Assembly (NCBI RefSeq): GCF_964355755.1
Contig: NC_092674.1
Coordinates: 23,312,001 to 23,376,000 of the forward strand
DNA: 64,000 nt
Direction: 5' to 3'
From: Antedon mediterranea
Taxonomy: Eukaryota; Animalia; Echinodermata
Shown here piece by piece: positions 39,301 to 54,300 of the stretch. The first letter of the stretch is position 1; every line of letters begins with the position of its first letter. Made by a program: the position numbers and the translations under genes. Under the pieces are notes generated by a model. It saw nothing but the letters and a program-made list of their open reading frames with translations. It was not told the DNA's origin and ran no database searches.

Positions 39301-42300
39301 AATTATGTAAATGACACCCCTAGATTTTTGTTAATGGTACTATCGGACATTCATGATAAATAACACCTAGTTTAATTGTTATATCGATAAACACTGAATA
39401 AAATGTGAACAGTCTCGCTTGTATATTTTCCAATTTCCACAATAAAAAAATGTACACACAACACCCTAATTTATAGCAAATAACATTTTAAAAAATAAGG
39501 TTTATAAAACTTTTTTTTCAAATTTTTATTTTTGTAGGTAAATCTGCTCTTCTCAACCGTGCTATCTCAAATGCCATTATGGAGCAGTTGCATAGTCCAT
39601 GGCTTCCACCCCATTGTAAACGAAAGGGTTACCGATGGAAGAACTCAACTACATGGAGTAAAGAAGTATGTTAATAATTCTCTACATCCTTAACATAGAC
39701 TCGCTTACCAAGTCCAATTTTTGGAGGGAAACCTTTGAAAAATATCCAGCTATATTATGAATTCTGATTGGCTGGGATTTCAGTTTTGAGATGCTTGACT
39801 GAATTTCTTGCCCTACTTTTGAGTTAAAAATTGTAAAATGTTGTGCTTAAAATAAATTGACATACATGTAAATAATAAGCCCCTTTCACACAGATAATTG
39901 AGGAAAAAGGGAATAGTGTGGCATATTTTTGTCTGACGTCTGATCTATGTGAGAGAAATGTGCTCTAAAGGTTTGTTCCTACTAGAGACGTATTGCAAAG
40001 ACGTAAGCGCACCGCAAGTAATTTAACCAATCACGACGCAATGGATCATCTGAACTGTTGCTTAAGATGTGTCAACTTGCGTTGTGCCTACGTCCGTATG
40101 TTTCGTTAAGGATGTAAGCCTAAATGCCTGCTTGTGTCTGAAAAGATAAATACTGTTTTCATATGTTTTTAATGGAAAGAGTGTGAAGGAGGACAAACCT
40201 ATTCCAAATTTATTAGATAATTATCTGCTAAAATACAGCAATACTTAGATCTGTATGTTTTTTTAAAGGGTTGTCGTGGCTTGCATGGGTTTCATAGTGT
40301 AAATGTTGCTATTCCTCAAGGCATGGGAGATGTGACAAAGAAAGTACCAAAAGGTAGACTTTTATTTTCAGTAGTTTTATATATAAAATGAACACTACAA
40401 AAGGCAAAATACTTGCTTTTTATTACACGCTAATATTTATATGCAAAATGTTTTCTGTTTAGGGATAAATTCCTGTTAATATATTAAGTATATCATTTGT
40501 CTCTGTTAAGAATGCATAGATAACTAACAATATATAGAAGTTAATTAGCTTAATATTTTTTAGTAGCTGGTTGAGGCTGAGTATATATTATGCAATGCTA
40601 GAAAAAGTTCCCTTTTGTCGTACTGAGAGATGCCTGCAAGTCGGCTATTCCAGCCCTAATCAGACTCCTTAATGATCAGCTTTTATCCTTTTTTTAAATA
40701 TTTTTGGATGTCCTTAACTCAATTTTATATGAATGTTGTTTACTGTTTTTATATTTAATTTTCTATACATTTTATACAATTTCACATATGCATATATTTT
40801 CTTATAAATTATAACCTTTTTAATATTATTTGTTACGGTTTTAGCCTTTTGGCTATTTGTATCATTGATCGTCTGTTTTTGGACAATAAATATAACTGCA
40901 AATTGAAATTAAAATTACCGATTACGATAGCTTTTATTGTGGTATTGTGGCTTTGAAAATATGTTAGGTTTTAAAATACTTGTCTGGGCCATGAAATTGG
41001 TGATGTCATTATGTATCTTTGACAGGTAGTTCATTGTAGAGTATGCTGGTTACCCATTACTACAACCGATTAAAGAAAAACAAATTAAGATACTTGAGGC
41101 CAATGAAGGCACATATTATGTTACTATGAGAAACTGTATTAAATACTATTTTTTTCAGATATTAGGAATTATTATGCAAATCATTTACCACTAGTCTCCA
41201 AGCAGCCTGGTCGACGGGAAAACCTGGCAGCTTCTCTGATGGAAGCTAATGCATCTCAGTTAGCAAAAGCTCTAGAACGTGAAACGGAATGGAATACAGT
41301 TGGGTTACATTCACGCCTATCTCCACAGGTTAGGGAGCATTTGTAATAGTAGTAATAGCAAGACAGTCGAACAACAGGACACTGAGCTTGCCTTGGCAAG
41401 ATAGGAACAGTCCTTTGATCTTATGTCTGGCTGCCACAAATACCAACAGTACTGTACTATGTACATGTTCTCGGCGGTGCATGGTGCCTGTTAAGGGGTG
41501 TGGAACAGATCGTGTTGCAGCCACAGATAAACTATGCTCTCCGTAGCTCAGCATCATGTTGGCTAGAAATTTACCTTTTTATCTAACTAGCAAGCTTTGC
41601 AACAAAATTAAAAACCCAACTACCAAGTAACCAACATTTTTGGAGAATTGATTGATTCTAAAAAAAGTAATAATGTCGGAAATTACAACTAGTAATCGTC
41701 AACTAGTTCTGACATTTAGCAATTATGTAAACAATTTTTAAAATATGTAAAAACCTACTAGCAAATTGCTGAATAAGTTTATCTGAATTCATCCTCTGTT
41801 TGATATGCATCCATAGTTCAATCTACTTTTTGTGATGTAATGCGGGCAATCGGAATTCGGGAATGTTAATTCGTCCAAACAGAATTTGCTTAGTAGAAAA
41901 AATGATAACGCACAGTTTTCAAAAGTTAAGCCCACTAACTTTTCATTTTTTTAAAAAGTACTATCTATATTTTTGTAGGAATATCAAGCTCGTAAAAAAG
42001 AGCGTTTACAGAAGAAAATAGCCGAGCACCTCCGTCAAGGACTGACGAAAGCTGAAGGGTCATCTGGGTCAGGTCAATCATCCGACCTTCTTCAAGTTCT
42101 TAATGAATTTAGTGATAAAGGTGCTAGCAACCAAAACAAAGGCTCTAGGTTTACTCATGCGGAAAAATTACAGTTTGCTCAGGTGAGGAATAATAACATT
42201 ATATTGAGTTGGTATTTATAATATGTTTCTTTCAACTGTCTGAAAGTGCATTGGACTAGACGTTGCACAGACGACAACTATTATTTCATGTAATTGTCCC

Positions 42301-45300
42301 TTTGTGTCTAGCTGCCACTTATGTGTCTGTCCACAATGAAATGGGTTAAAATGGACCATTCCACTGTGGTAAATGGATTCCTAGTTTTTAGTCTTAATGT
42401 GTGCTACCATATTTGGTTATTTCGTTGATAAATTATTTTATGTATTTAAAATTTGGTAATTTATATCAAAAGTAATAGTAGTAATAGCTCTGTCTACACT
42501 ATCAAACTAGTTTAACAAAAAAAAAGTGTGAAACTTTATGTGAACAATATTTAATGTGCCAATATATGGACATGATGATGTCATATCACTACCATATTTA
42601 GGCATATCACTACCATATTTGGACATATAACTACCATATTTGGGCACATCGCACTTAAAATGAATGAATAACAATGTATGCTTTAAAATTATGGCCAACC
42701 CTATTCAGGTGACATCCCTGTTAAGAGGACAGTTTGTTGGTTTGTCAAAGGTGCCCCTTAACACTTTGACTGCCAAACACGAAGATCTTCGTTTTTGGAA
42801 ACACAACGCTTGACTGCCAAAAACGAAGATCTTCGTTTTTCGCGTTTTTTTACGAAATCCGGTAGATAGGTTAATTATTGGTATATACTATAAATATGAA
42901 CACTATATTCGGTCTGGACCGTTAATATTTTACAATTTGAAAGTAACTAATCTGGTTACGAACGACTGTCAAAATGGTACCTGTCGAAATAACAAACACC
43001 GCGCATCACAGTAGCGCGTAGAGCGATGGCTTGGCGCATTGTGTATCGGTCGCGCGCTAGCTATGCCGCCGAAGCATTACAAAGGTTTTTGTGGATTGAC
43101 ATGTTTGTTTGTTATCTGAATAAAAAATAATGGAGTCATTTTCAATATGAAGTCTTTAATTTTATTATTGTATATATACCCTAATTGTTTTGGTGTTTTA
43201 CTGAAAGTGACCGAGTTTCACGCAACCTACTATCTCCTAGGCCTAGGCTAATAGTACTAGGCTAGCCTAGCCCTAGTCGTAAAACGGTTCCGGACCAACT
43301 TTAGGCCTGGTTAACTAGGCCTGGTGTCTTTACTATGTGGATTTTGGCGAAACATTGATGTAAGATTTATGATTTATAAAATGTAATACATTTTTCGATA
43401 GTGATAACTTGTTTTTATAGGCCTATCGGTGCCGTGTAAGTAACTTTTTCGTTTGTTGATCTCACCGGGCGATATTTTCATATTGTGATGTCTTGCACAA
43501 AATCGCGAATATCTCGACTTTCTTGCGCGAAACTACGAAAAATTCAAAAAGTGGGTTACGTTCATTTTACTATTACGATTTACATATTGCGATTTAAAAA
43601 TCGTTCTTGGTACCATTGTAAAGCTAAAATCTTTATGATTATTTTAGTCTAAATTACATATAAATCAGATCACATATATGGTTTCAATCAGCTTTAATAA
43701 AAACATCGAATTGGGCTAAAAACGCTGGCGGTGGCAGTTTCTAACTGGAAAAACCTCTGGCAGTCAAAGTGTTAATAGGTGTTACTACTGAAAAATATAT
43801 ATACTTGCATGTTTTTAACCTCTGCATATATCTATATGTTGGATCTTGTATAGATTACCATTTTAAATTAAACTTTATACAGTGAAACTAACTGTACAAT
43901 GTGTGCTACCATATTTGGTTATTTCGTTGATAAATTATTTTATGTATTTAAAATTTGGTAATTTATATCAAAAGTAATAGTAAAAATAAATGAACATTCA
44001 ATAGTATCACTGAAACGTGCGAGCAGGAAGTGCTTTGAGTGGTTGATGACGTTGTTTTTGTATCGTAAGCGCTGTACCTTAAATCTTTGTATCAAATGCA
44101 AGATTGGTGTCATAGGCAGGGACATTCATTGATCTTTTCCTATGCAGTTGCATATGATACAAAATGTACACTTATAAAGAAAAAAAATGTATACAGCGCT
44201 ATTTTTTAAAGATCAAAGCACAGCCATTATTCAGACCGATTTATAATTGCATAAAATTCGGTGACCAGTGATAAGCCTCATTGACACAAATTGTGGTACT
44301 GCACTGCCCTGCATATGATGCAGCAAGGTATGTTTCGTAGGAGACAATTTGTTCAAGGTGTCAACAAAAGGGACAGCTAAAATAGATGTTTTAGGTTTTA
44401 TTAAGTGCACACGGTAGAACTATGTACATTGAACCTTTTTTTTTCTCATCCAAGAAAGACTTATTTAACCACCAGTATTAATGAAAAATGACTATTTAAA
44501 AAAAAATTAATCTTGGTTTTGTTTAAATATTAATGGGTAATCAAAATGTAGCATTTTAATATTTCTTTGTTTTGATTTCCAGCCAGAAGACCAAACAGTT
44601 TCCCAGATAGGTATTGGGGAAGGCTTACCAACCGCAGATACTGAAGAGGTATGTTGTGTCTTTATCGTATTTATAAGAGGGTCCTATATTTTTCTAATTT
44701 TCTTAAAGATATATTGTCTCCCTGAAAAAATATGCCATTTTGATGTTCCATAATAAACAAAAATTTGATCTAGCAGCCAATTGGTTGGTTTTGTCTTTTT
44801 ATAAGTTATTTTTTTTTCTGCAGAAGTTATTAAAACTACAAAAAATGCCCTATTCAAAATCTGATTTTATTAATCTTTATTTTTAATGTTTTTTGGGGAC
44901 ATTACATCTTTAAATGTCTATCCTGCAATTATATAATTTCTCCACTTTAGCATAGATGCTAGAATCTTGTCCTATATGTAACTTGGCTAGGTGATGTGGT
45001 GACATTGCCCTCTAATCCTAAAGTATAAGGTTTTAAATAGATAAGAGAAGTACAAGTTCATTTACTGATCCTCCACTTTTACTAGTCACAAAATAATAGG
45101 GAGGCCTTCAATTAACTTTTAAAAAAACTAAAAATGAGGTACATACAATCAAGCTTGTTTACAATAGTCCAGGTGTGAAATATGGTGAATTGAGTACAAT
45201 TATTTATATTTAGTCGTATTTTATTGAAATTTTTAACTGGCCAAGTAGAATTACTATTCAACTATTTTACTATTCAACTGGTCCGCCACACATTTAACTG

Positions 45301-48300
45301 TCCATTGGCCGGAAGACCAGTGTTATTGCGAACATCATGAACTATTTTTGCCCTAAACCTCAAAGGAGAATGTTTATCCTGTAATTGATGAGTATAATTT
45401 AGATGTTTGATGTATGAAATAAAAATAATGCCACATTTAGGCTGCATGATTTACATCCTATACTTGTGTGTGTGTAGTCCAAATTTTGTTCCGGTGGTGT
45501 CCAGTCAAGCAGAAACCCATGCAGTCAATAAACTATGAATACAGTCAACTCTCGTGCATTCCTTCAACAAATAAGTCGGTATTTCCGATTGTGTGATTAG
45601 TTACGGTAAACGTGTAATCCAAACAACATCATTTTGATTAATTAATTATTAATTTTTTTATTAAAATTTACAAAAGATTTTGAAATAGCTAATATTTTTT
45701 AGTTGCCATGTTTCGAAGAAAATTTCACACTCAATCGAATGAAAGTTATCCCATAATTCTCAGACATGCTGAAGTTATTGATAATCGCCCTTATAAACAC
45801 AGCAGATATGTTTGGAAGGATAATCTGGCCATTGTTGATCAATGCATATGGTCAAGTAACCGTTTTAAAGGAAATGCCATTAAATCTCACATTGTTAATG
45901 AAATGTTATGATTATTATTATAATACTTCCCCAAATTTGTAAACTCTTACAAAACCAGAATTTAATTATGGTTTCACACCGGGTCATAAATTGTTATCTA
46001 CCATTGTGTTCTGAAAACTACGTCGTCGTATAAAATGAAAATTGTTTTGGCTAGCCCTAAGGTACTGGGTTTTACCACACATTGAAGTAATAAAAACAAT
46101 TCTCGGAGGTAAATACGATTAGAATTTAATAGCCAATTGGTAAGAACCACATCATTATTACTGTACTTCCTCAATTAATAATTATTTTTCATGTTTATCA
46201 TTGACATCTTTACCCTGATGTATTTGTGGTTTTAGCATTTTGAAAATACATCGCCACTAGTAAATTAAGATATGAATCTTACCATCATGATTTATTATCC
46301 AATAAGAAACAGGTTATTCCAAATAAGGGCATAATTCAAAAATTATTTAACATGATGTTGTTTGCTTGTGCATTTGTCTTATCTTTCCATAAAGTTTACA
46401 GTTGTTTTTAATTGTACAATCCATGTTTCATATCAAATCAATCTCTTTATTCATCTCATAAAAAAAACAATACTCATAACATAAGGAGAAAAACGAATTT
46501 AAAGAAGATGAAAGGGACCTCCTGGAAACCCCAAGGGACATGTGATAGGAACTAAGTAGTTACATTAAATAGATAAATTTAAAAAAAAAAGCTGTATAGA
46601 CGAATAGATCATGACAGGATCAACAGCATTGATAGGTGTTTAATAAGTTCTGGCTAATTATTTGGAACTACTGTAATTTAAACTAGAAATGGCAATATTT
46701 GTCCTGTTTAAAAAAATGGGTCAGCCTACTATGAAACTAAAGCAAGAAAATTACTATTACAATATTTTTGCTTGCTCTAATAGCTTATTGTGAGTTAATA
46801 TATGAATATTATAAATCTTTTATATTAAATAATAAAAAGATTTCCATTTTGATATTGTTAGTTACTTACAGTATCTCAATGAATTGGAATTTTCCTAACG
46901 CTTCTAAAAATTTCCTATTGGAAAGTTCTAGGCTGTGCTATTTATGTTCACCATACATGTATCCGGAAGTTCAAAATCAGTTTTAAGCCCATCCCCATGT
47001 CAATTTCATTGATGTCATCAATTTCTTAGATAATCCCTTTGATAGATCAATTTTAATAACATTAAACGTAAAGTATGTGAAGTACAAACAACATTAGAGC
47101 TTCAACTCAAGAGAATTACCATCTGTGCTGTTAATACAACATTATTAATTATACCTATTTATATAATATTAATACAATTTTGTCAGTATCACTATCAACA
47201 TGCAACTATAGTATAGTACTTGTTCAATTATGTCACAAATAGTATTTCAATAGAAAAGGGGATCTCTTTGATAGGGGATTCCCCTGAATAGAGGGCCCCT
47301 TTGATAGGGGTGTCCCCTGAATAGAGGCGTCCCTTTGATATGCGAGTGCGCCCTGAATGGAGGGGCCGCTTTGATATTGGCGTGCCCTGAATAGAGGGGC
47401 CCTTTGATAGCAGTGTCCTTTGAATTGAGGAGTTCCTTTGATATTGGCGTGCCCTGGATAGAGGGGCCCTTTGATAGCAGTGTCCTCTGAATAGAGGGGT
47501 TCCTTTGATAGGGAAGTGCCCTGGATAGAGGGGTCCCTTTGATAGCAGTGTCCCCTGAATAAGGGGTTGCTTTGATAGGGGCGTTGCCTGAATAGTAGTG
47601 TCTTAAAGGAGAGGTTCTCTGTATATAAAACTTATTTCCTTTTTGTAAAAGATAAATTCATAATTTATGTATTGTAATACCTGTATACAGTATAATAACA
47701 TCAGTTTAAAAAAACATGAAATGAGGCTGGAACAAATTTAGTGAAAAGTAAGATTGTGAGAACAAAGAAAGTGTATAAATAACTTTCAGTGGGTTCCTTT
47801 ATTGTATGAATTAGAAAGCCAAAACATAGAATTAGTCTGAGAAAACAACAGGCAAAAAATAGAACACTGCATAAGTAAAATGTACTGCTTTTTACAATAA
47901 TAATTAGGTTTAGATAGTAGAATAATGAATCAATGTAGGATTTAAGAAAATGTTATTTAATCCAAGTGAAGCACTCTTGAAATTTAGATTGTCATCAATA
48001 GATTAAAGTATACTTTAAAAACAGGATTAAAATGTAATCTACAAATTGTTATTCTTGATATATATTGAATAAACCTTAAGATGAGGAGGTCGACACTGAA
48101 CCAAAAAATCAATTGAAATGTCTTGTGCTTTGAGCAATTGAATGCAACCCACGTTGCATTTTTACTCACAACAACACCCACAAAAATGTTAGTTACAATA
48201 ATGTTATACAGACACAGGCTGATTCATTTAATTTTGATGAATACATTTATTATTAGATCTTGGAAATTTTCCTAGGAAATTTCCACACTGATACTTGACC

Positions 48301-51300
48301 TGTCTTTGAACTTTTAAAATCCTGCATAAAGTACCTGCATAAAACATTTTAACCAACACTAAAGTAAATTTAGATCAATATTTATTTGTCATATTTACTT
48401 CAATTAATGTGACTTATGACTCACCGAGGAGGAGGGAATAAAATAGCAGGTTTCTATTAATACGCAAAGTAAATGAAACCGAGTCTGTTTATTGTATTAT
48501 GCAATTTAATAATAAATACAGTAAAATACCTATTTTATTCTGTATTACATTAATGTAAAGCTCTGTCTACACTATTAAACTTGATATTATGTATATCATC
48601 AATGTGATGTGGTTGCCCAAATATGGTAGTGATATAACAGCATCATGTCCATATGAGTACATCACATCACATCATTTTTTTGTCACATAAAGTGTGAAAG
48701 TCTAGATAGAGCTTTTACCACCCACAAAATACTACTTAAAACTAGCATTTTTTTTGTTCTTGGTGTAACGTCTAGATAGAGCTAATAGATAGCTCTAGTG
48801 TGCGCCGGGCTTAACTAACATTTTGTTGGTGTTCTTGTGGCAACTTGAATGTGTTTATTTTTGGTCAAACTAATGTTTGAATCTCGGCTTTCTTAAGACT
48901 TGATCAAAACGAAAACTTTACTGACATTGACAATAATAAATAGACCTTTTTAAAAAAAAAAGAAGAGGAAAAATCACAGATAAAAAATTATCCCTCTCTG
49001 CTTGCCTTTATGAATGACTATTGCACAGATATGTCCAAGATTATTTAAAGGTTTAATTGAATAATTAATTAATCAAATATTGATAATTTCTCACTCATTT
49101 CACAATTTCACAAATTATAACTACCTGTAATTTATAAAGCCCTGTCTACTCTATCAAACTAGTTTAACAAAAAATGTGATTTGCCTAAATATTGTAGTAC
49201 AGTAATACTGTATGCTTAAATATGGTAGTGATATCATCATCATGTCTATATATTGGCACATCACATTTGTTGTCAAATAATGTTTGATAGTGTAGACAGA
49301 AGCACAAAACAGCTGTACTTAGAAGCTCTCCACTGATCATTGCATTAGGATGACTTTGTAATTCTGTTTGACATAACAAATACATAATAAATATAGAGTC
49401 TAATTAAAAATATTATTAAAAAGTTTTGTTAGTGTCTAAATCTCTGTCTACACTATCAAACTGTATGTGACAAAAAATGTGATGTGCCCAAATATGATAG
49501 CGATATCCCAAAATATGGTAGTGATATGACATCATCATGTCCATATATGGGCACATCACATTTTTTGTCAAACTAGTTTGATAATGTAGACTGAGCTTAA
49601 GAAAAGTGTCATTATGTGTTTCTGATAAAATAACACCAACAAAACAATTTCTATACATTTATTTCTATAATTTATTCTTAAAGTTTCAATCAAAATACAA
49701 TATTAATATCTTAAAAAGTCACGTTTCATACTAGGTGCGATCTTGCATTTAAACAGCTTTGTCTAGATCCTCTGTTTATTAATATTTATGATATGATATT
49801 TTATTCATATTATTTTTATGTGAGAATAATTCCCTTAGAAATGAAGAAGCTGAATGTACTGTTACTGTAGCTCTGGAATTTAGGTCAGTTATATAGTGAT
49901 AGTAAATAAGGTCACAGTTAATTTTAGCTCTATTTTATAAGTTGAAATGTACAACTACAAGACAAGAGATAGTGTAAGACTAGGTGGGTTATTATAACAT
50001 TTTTATAATGGTGCCTTGGGCCAGACAAAAATTTTGGATTTCCCAAAAATGTTTTTTTTTTTTCATTTTACTTCTTTTCTATCTATTGATTTATAAGACA
50101 AAACAGAATGTGATGGTTAAGTGTGATTTATTACAACATACAGTCAACTTTACCAAAATAGGCACCTTGCACCAGACAAAATGTGGATTTTCTTGATTTA
50201 ATTCTATACCTTGATGTACCCACTGTACATATCTTGATCTACCTTGATTTTGAGACTACCATGAAGCCGTAAATTGTATGTCCATCAAAAACTTTCTGAC
50301 ATGGAGCTTGGGTCTCTTAAAATAGAATTGATATATAATGTTACTGAATTCCAATGATATCATTATCATTCCATCATTTATCATCTCCACCATCATCAAT
50401 CAGCAACTTCTCGGACCAAATTTAATTTAATAATAACAAACTAGTATGCAATCAATATTTTTATTTTTTTTTAAATGTTTTTCATACACAACTTGTCAAT
50501 TATAAGATGGATAAACTAATTTATAATTATCTTGCTATATAAACTAAGACTCATTTGAGGCTTAGGGTGTGAAAGAGTTTTGAGTTATAACCTTGGCATT
50601 AGGTCCGGAATGAACCCTAGACCTTAGAATTGGAAGGCAAGCATGTTAACCACCAACATTTGGAAATTGTATAACAAAAATTACTATAATAGTAGTAGTT
50701 TTATTTTTTTTAAATTTCTTTTAAAGGAATTGAAAAGAAAGAAAGAGGAAGAGGCGCAATCATTGCGGGATAAATTGTTGGAAATTACAAGCAAAATAGA
50801 TTCACTTGACCTAGATATGAAGAAGTTTAATGCAGGAATGCAACAGGTTTGTACACAGTTTATCAAGAACTCTCTAGAACCGATATTTGACAAATCATTC
50901 AATATCGCCAAATAATAAAGGTCATGTGACCCAATTTCTTCCAATTAGATTAGATTTTACTTGGACACAATATGAAAACTTATTGGTAACAAGATTTCAC
51001 CAGCATGATAGTTGGCCAAACACTGTAGATAACAACAAATTACAATTTTTCTCATTTTTAGATGGAAGAACAGGCTTCTGTTCAGGAGAGATCAAACACA
51101 GAAAAAAAAGACGCATTCAAAGTAAAGAAAAGAACTTTGGATCTTCTACCCGACGCTGAAAACAACATAGCTAAGCTGCAGGTAAATAGACTCAACTCAG
51201 CGATATAATTGCTGTACCAAATTTTTTGGACCTCAATTTGTCATGTAATTTTAATGTCTGTTTTTTCCTCTGGGCATTGCTCAGGGGCCCACATAAGCTC

Positions 51301-54300
51301 CAGGGCCCCTAGGTGTAGCCAATGAGTGCTCATAGCCGTTATTCCAGGGATGAGGGCATATTCCCGTACTTCAGTTTGGGTGCTAGTGTTTTTACAGCAC
51401 ATGAAGTCTTTTTCGCGCTTTAAGAATTTAAAATTAACGTTTTAAATTTTTAATGATTATTTTTGCCCTAATCAAAATAAAATATCAATGGGGTTTGTAG
51501 ATTTTTTATGGGTGTTTTTTTATACTTTCATTTTCTAGGGTGTGGTAGATGCTAGCGCCAGTCGTCTGGTGAACTTGGCCAACCAATGGGAGAAGCATAG
51601 AGCTCCATTGATAGAGGAGTACAGACAACTTAAGGAACAGAACACCAACATGGTGGTGAGTTTGACTTGCACTGTATTTTGGAGGTTAACAAACTTGTTT
51701 TTTAAACCTAGGGTATTATGTAGATCTCTCTTTTATTTGGTCCTGAAGGTGTCACCTTAAAAGGATTCTACTTATTGTTTTAAATGCCATACAATAAGGA
51801 TATATACTAAATTACACTTTGTTTTTGTATGTAGTCTGAATCACAGAGGAAACTTGAAGATATTAAGTCTCTGAGAGAAAAGATGAAAGAATTAGCCGAG
51901 GAGACGCGTGGAAAGGAAGAAATGCTAAAACAATTGGTTAGTGGTTTATCTATTAATAAATATAGTTCCACAACCATATTAAGTTAACAGCTCTTTTTTA
52001 TCCTCATCCTTCTTTTAAGTGATCCCTTAAATATGACCTAACTGTCCACTTCTCATACTTCTCGCATAATGAACTATTACTCGAAATTGAGTGTCTCCAA
52101 GTAACCACCCTCTCATAGACAACACTGTCCTAAAGTTGTAGGCAACCATTTCTCATTAGTTAATGAATCTTGTAAAATGATCACTTCCTGATCTCTGATC
52201 TGATCAAATACTGTTTTGTATCTCTCTCGAGTATTTTGTACATACTATTACAATACATACATTCCATTTTGGATAGTTTTAAGAGGTGACCGTCGGTGAC
52301 CTTATTTATGTCTTTTTCACATACAGGCCGGGGAGTATGAAAGAATGACCAAAGATGTAAACCGCTCAGCTTACACTAAAAGAATTTTAGAAATAGTGAG
52401 TAATATTAAACGGCAAAAACAAGACATTGATAAAGTAAGTATATGTTACATTTAATACCATATGTATGACTTGAGTATAATCCTATGCTCAAGTATAATC
52501 CCCAAATTTAGTCTAAATCTTGTACCAGCCACCCCAATTTTATTGCTAGGGTGACCTTACTTGATTATATACAATTAATTTTTGTATTTAGTACTGTATA
52601 TACTAGCTTTTGCTTTAAAATTTGGATGTTTGGTGTACTGTATATAGGCTTTGATTGATATTTTATGCCACAAAGACAAACAAAATGCCAGTTTATAAAA
52701 GCACATTTTTAGTTTTTGTCTACCAATTTCTTCTAACCCTAAAACCATATAAAGTATATGTTATGTCTTCCTTAATTCTGCAGAAATAAAGATAATGTAT
52801 GGTAGTCAACGCACAGGGAATTTCCCATGCTAGTACATTATTATTGTTCAACACTGTGCACAAAGAGATATTTATATTCTGATTAGCTAGCCACATAAAC
52901 AAGTACATTTAAGTAAAATATTATTCTAGTTTCTTATAGGAAGAAACTTACATTAGTTTAAGTGGTAATCGGTAATTTTTTGTTAGTTTCATTTTCTAAA
53001 AACTACTAACCTGATTTATTGTGATCTATCTAATGAAATAATGTTTAAATTCCCATAGTATTCCTTTAATAACATTTTTTTTAAATTTTGTTCAAATTAT
53101 AATTTATATTACGAAATGTTTTGACTTAAAACCTATTCGTTGAACTTGAAAAAAACCTCAGTTAATTTATTTATGGCTGACGTCTGTCACGAATGACAGT
53201 GTCGGCCATTCATCTAAATGATGGATGAAACTAAGCCAGGGCTGCTTCAAGCACCTTCGTTGGTCCTGTCATTGATCAAGGGCTCGTCCAGTGCCCACCT
53301 TGACCAGAGGAAAGGCATGAACTAATATGTCTGACGTAGATAATAGAGGCAAAGGCCAATTTACATAGACAAGTGGTAAAGGTAAGCAGAAAATCGCATA
53401 GCTTTGTGTAAATGGTCATAAGGAATAACATAGCTTTTTTTCTACATGTATTACTGTTACTGCTTGTCTGTGTAAATTGGCCTTATGAGTCATCAATGTG
53501 TATCAGTTTCAGTTAATTACATACACACCATATAAAATGTTACACCTGCGGAAATAATTATTTTATACATGATCACAAGTCCTGCCCATTTATGCCAATT
53601 CAAACTGAACAAATTATCAATCATTTTTAGGATAATTAATTCCAAATTAAAACACAAAGATTATAAAAAATTCTGACATTACCCTTCTGCATAATTTATT
53701 CATTTAAAGTTTGACATTCAATTTTGATATATTGCGCACAATTACATTTGTAATGTTTGTTGACCTTGTTTTGACCTTTTCGTAGGTTTTGATAGATACA
53801 AAAACACTACAGAAGGAGATTAACCAATATCAAGGCAAGCTGGATAGGACATTTGCAGAAACTGATGAACTTATATTTAGGGTACGATACTTACTGTTTT
53901 TTTAAGGAGTATTATCTAAAATAGATTACTATGTAGCACAACCCTGACCAGCCCATGAGTTATTTTTTTAAACATATATCTAGTGGCGTAATGCAGAGGC
54001 CTCTCCTGGTTTAGCCATTTTTAACCGTTCGACATATTTTATAGCCCTTTTCTTATCTTTTTCTGGGCCCTGCTCTGTGGCCCCTATAAGTGCTAGGCCA
54101 TTAAATCCATTACTTTACCGATAAATGCACAAAACTAGATTGGGGAAAAGCTCTAATTGTCCAGTAATATATAAATTGAAATAATATTGAAATAAAGATT
54201 ATGATGTTATGTATTTGAATTTTTTTCTGAATATTATTAAACAATTAATAAAGACTTTAAACTTGTTTATAAATAATGATATTATTAAATTTAAATGATA

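Noticed and set aside
45700-46340. Possible nested gene or Tx1-like LINE in CCDC22 intron 8
   Set aside because: Only a weak LIWNN-like motif among many stops; cannot be supported.
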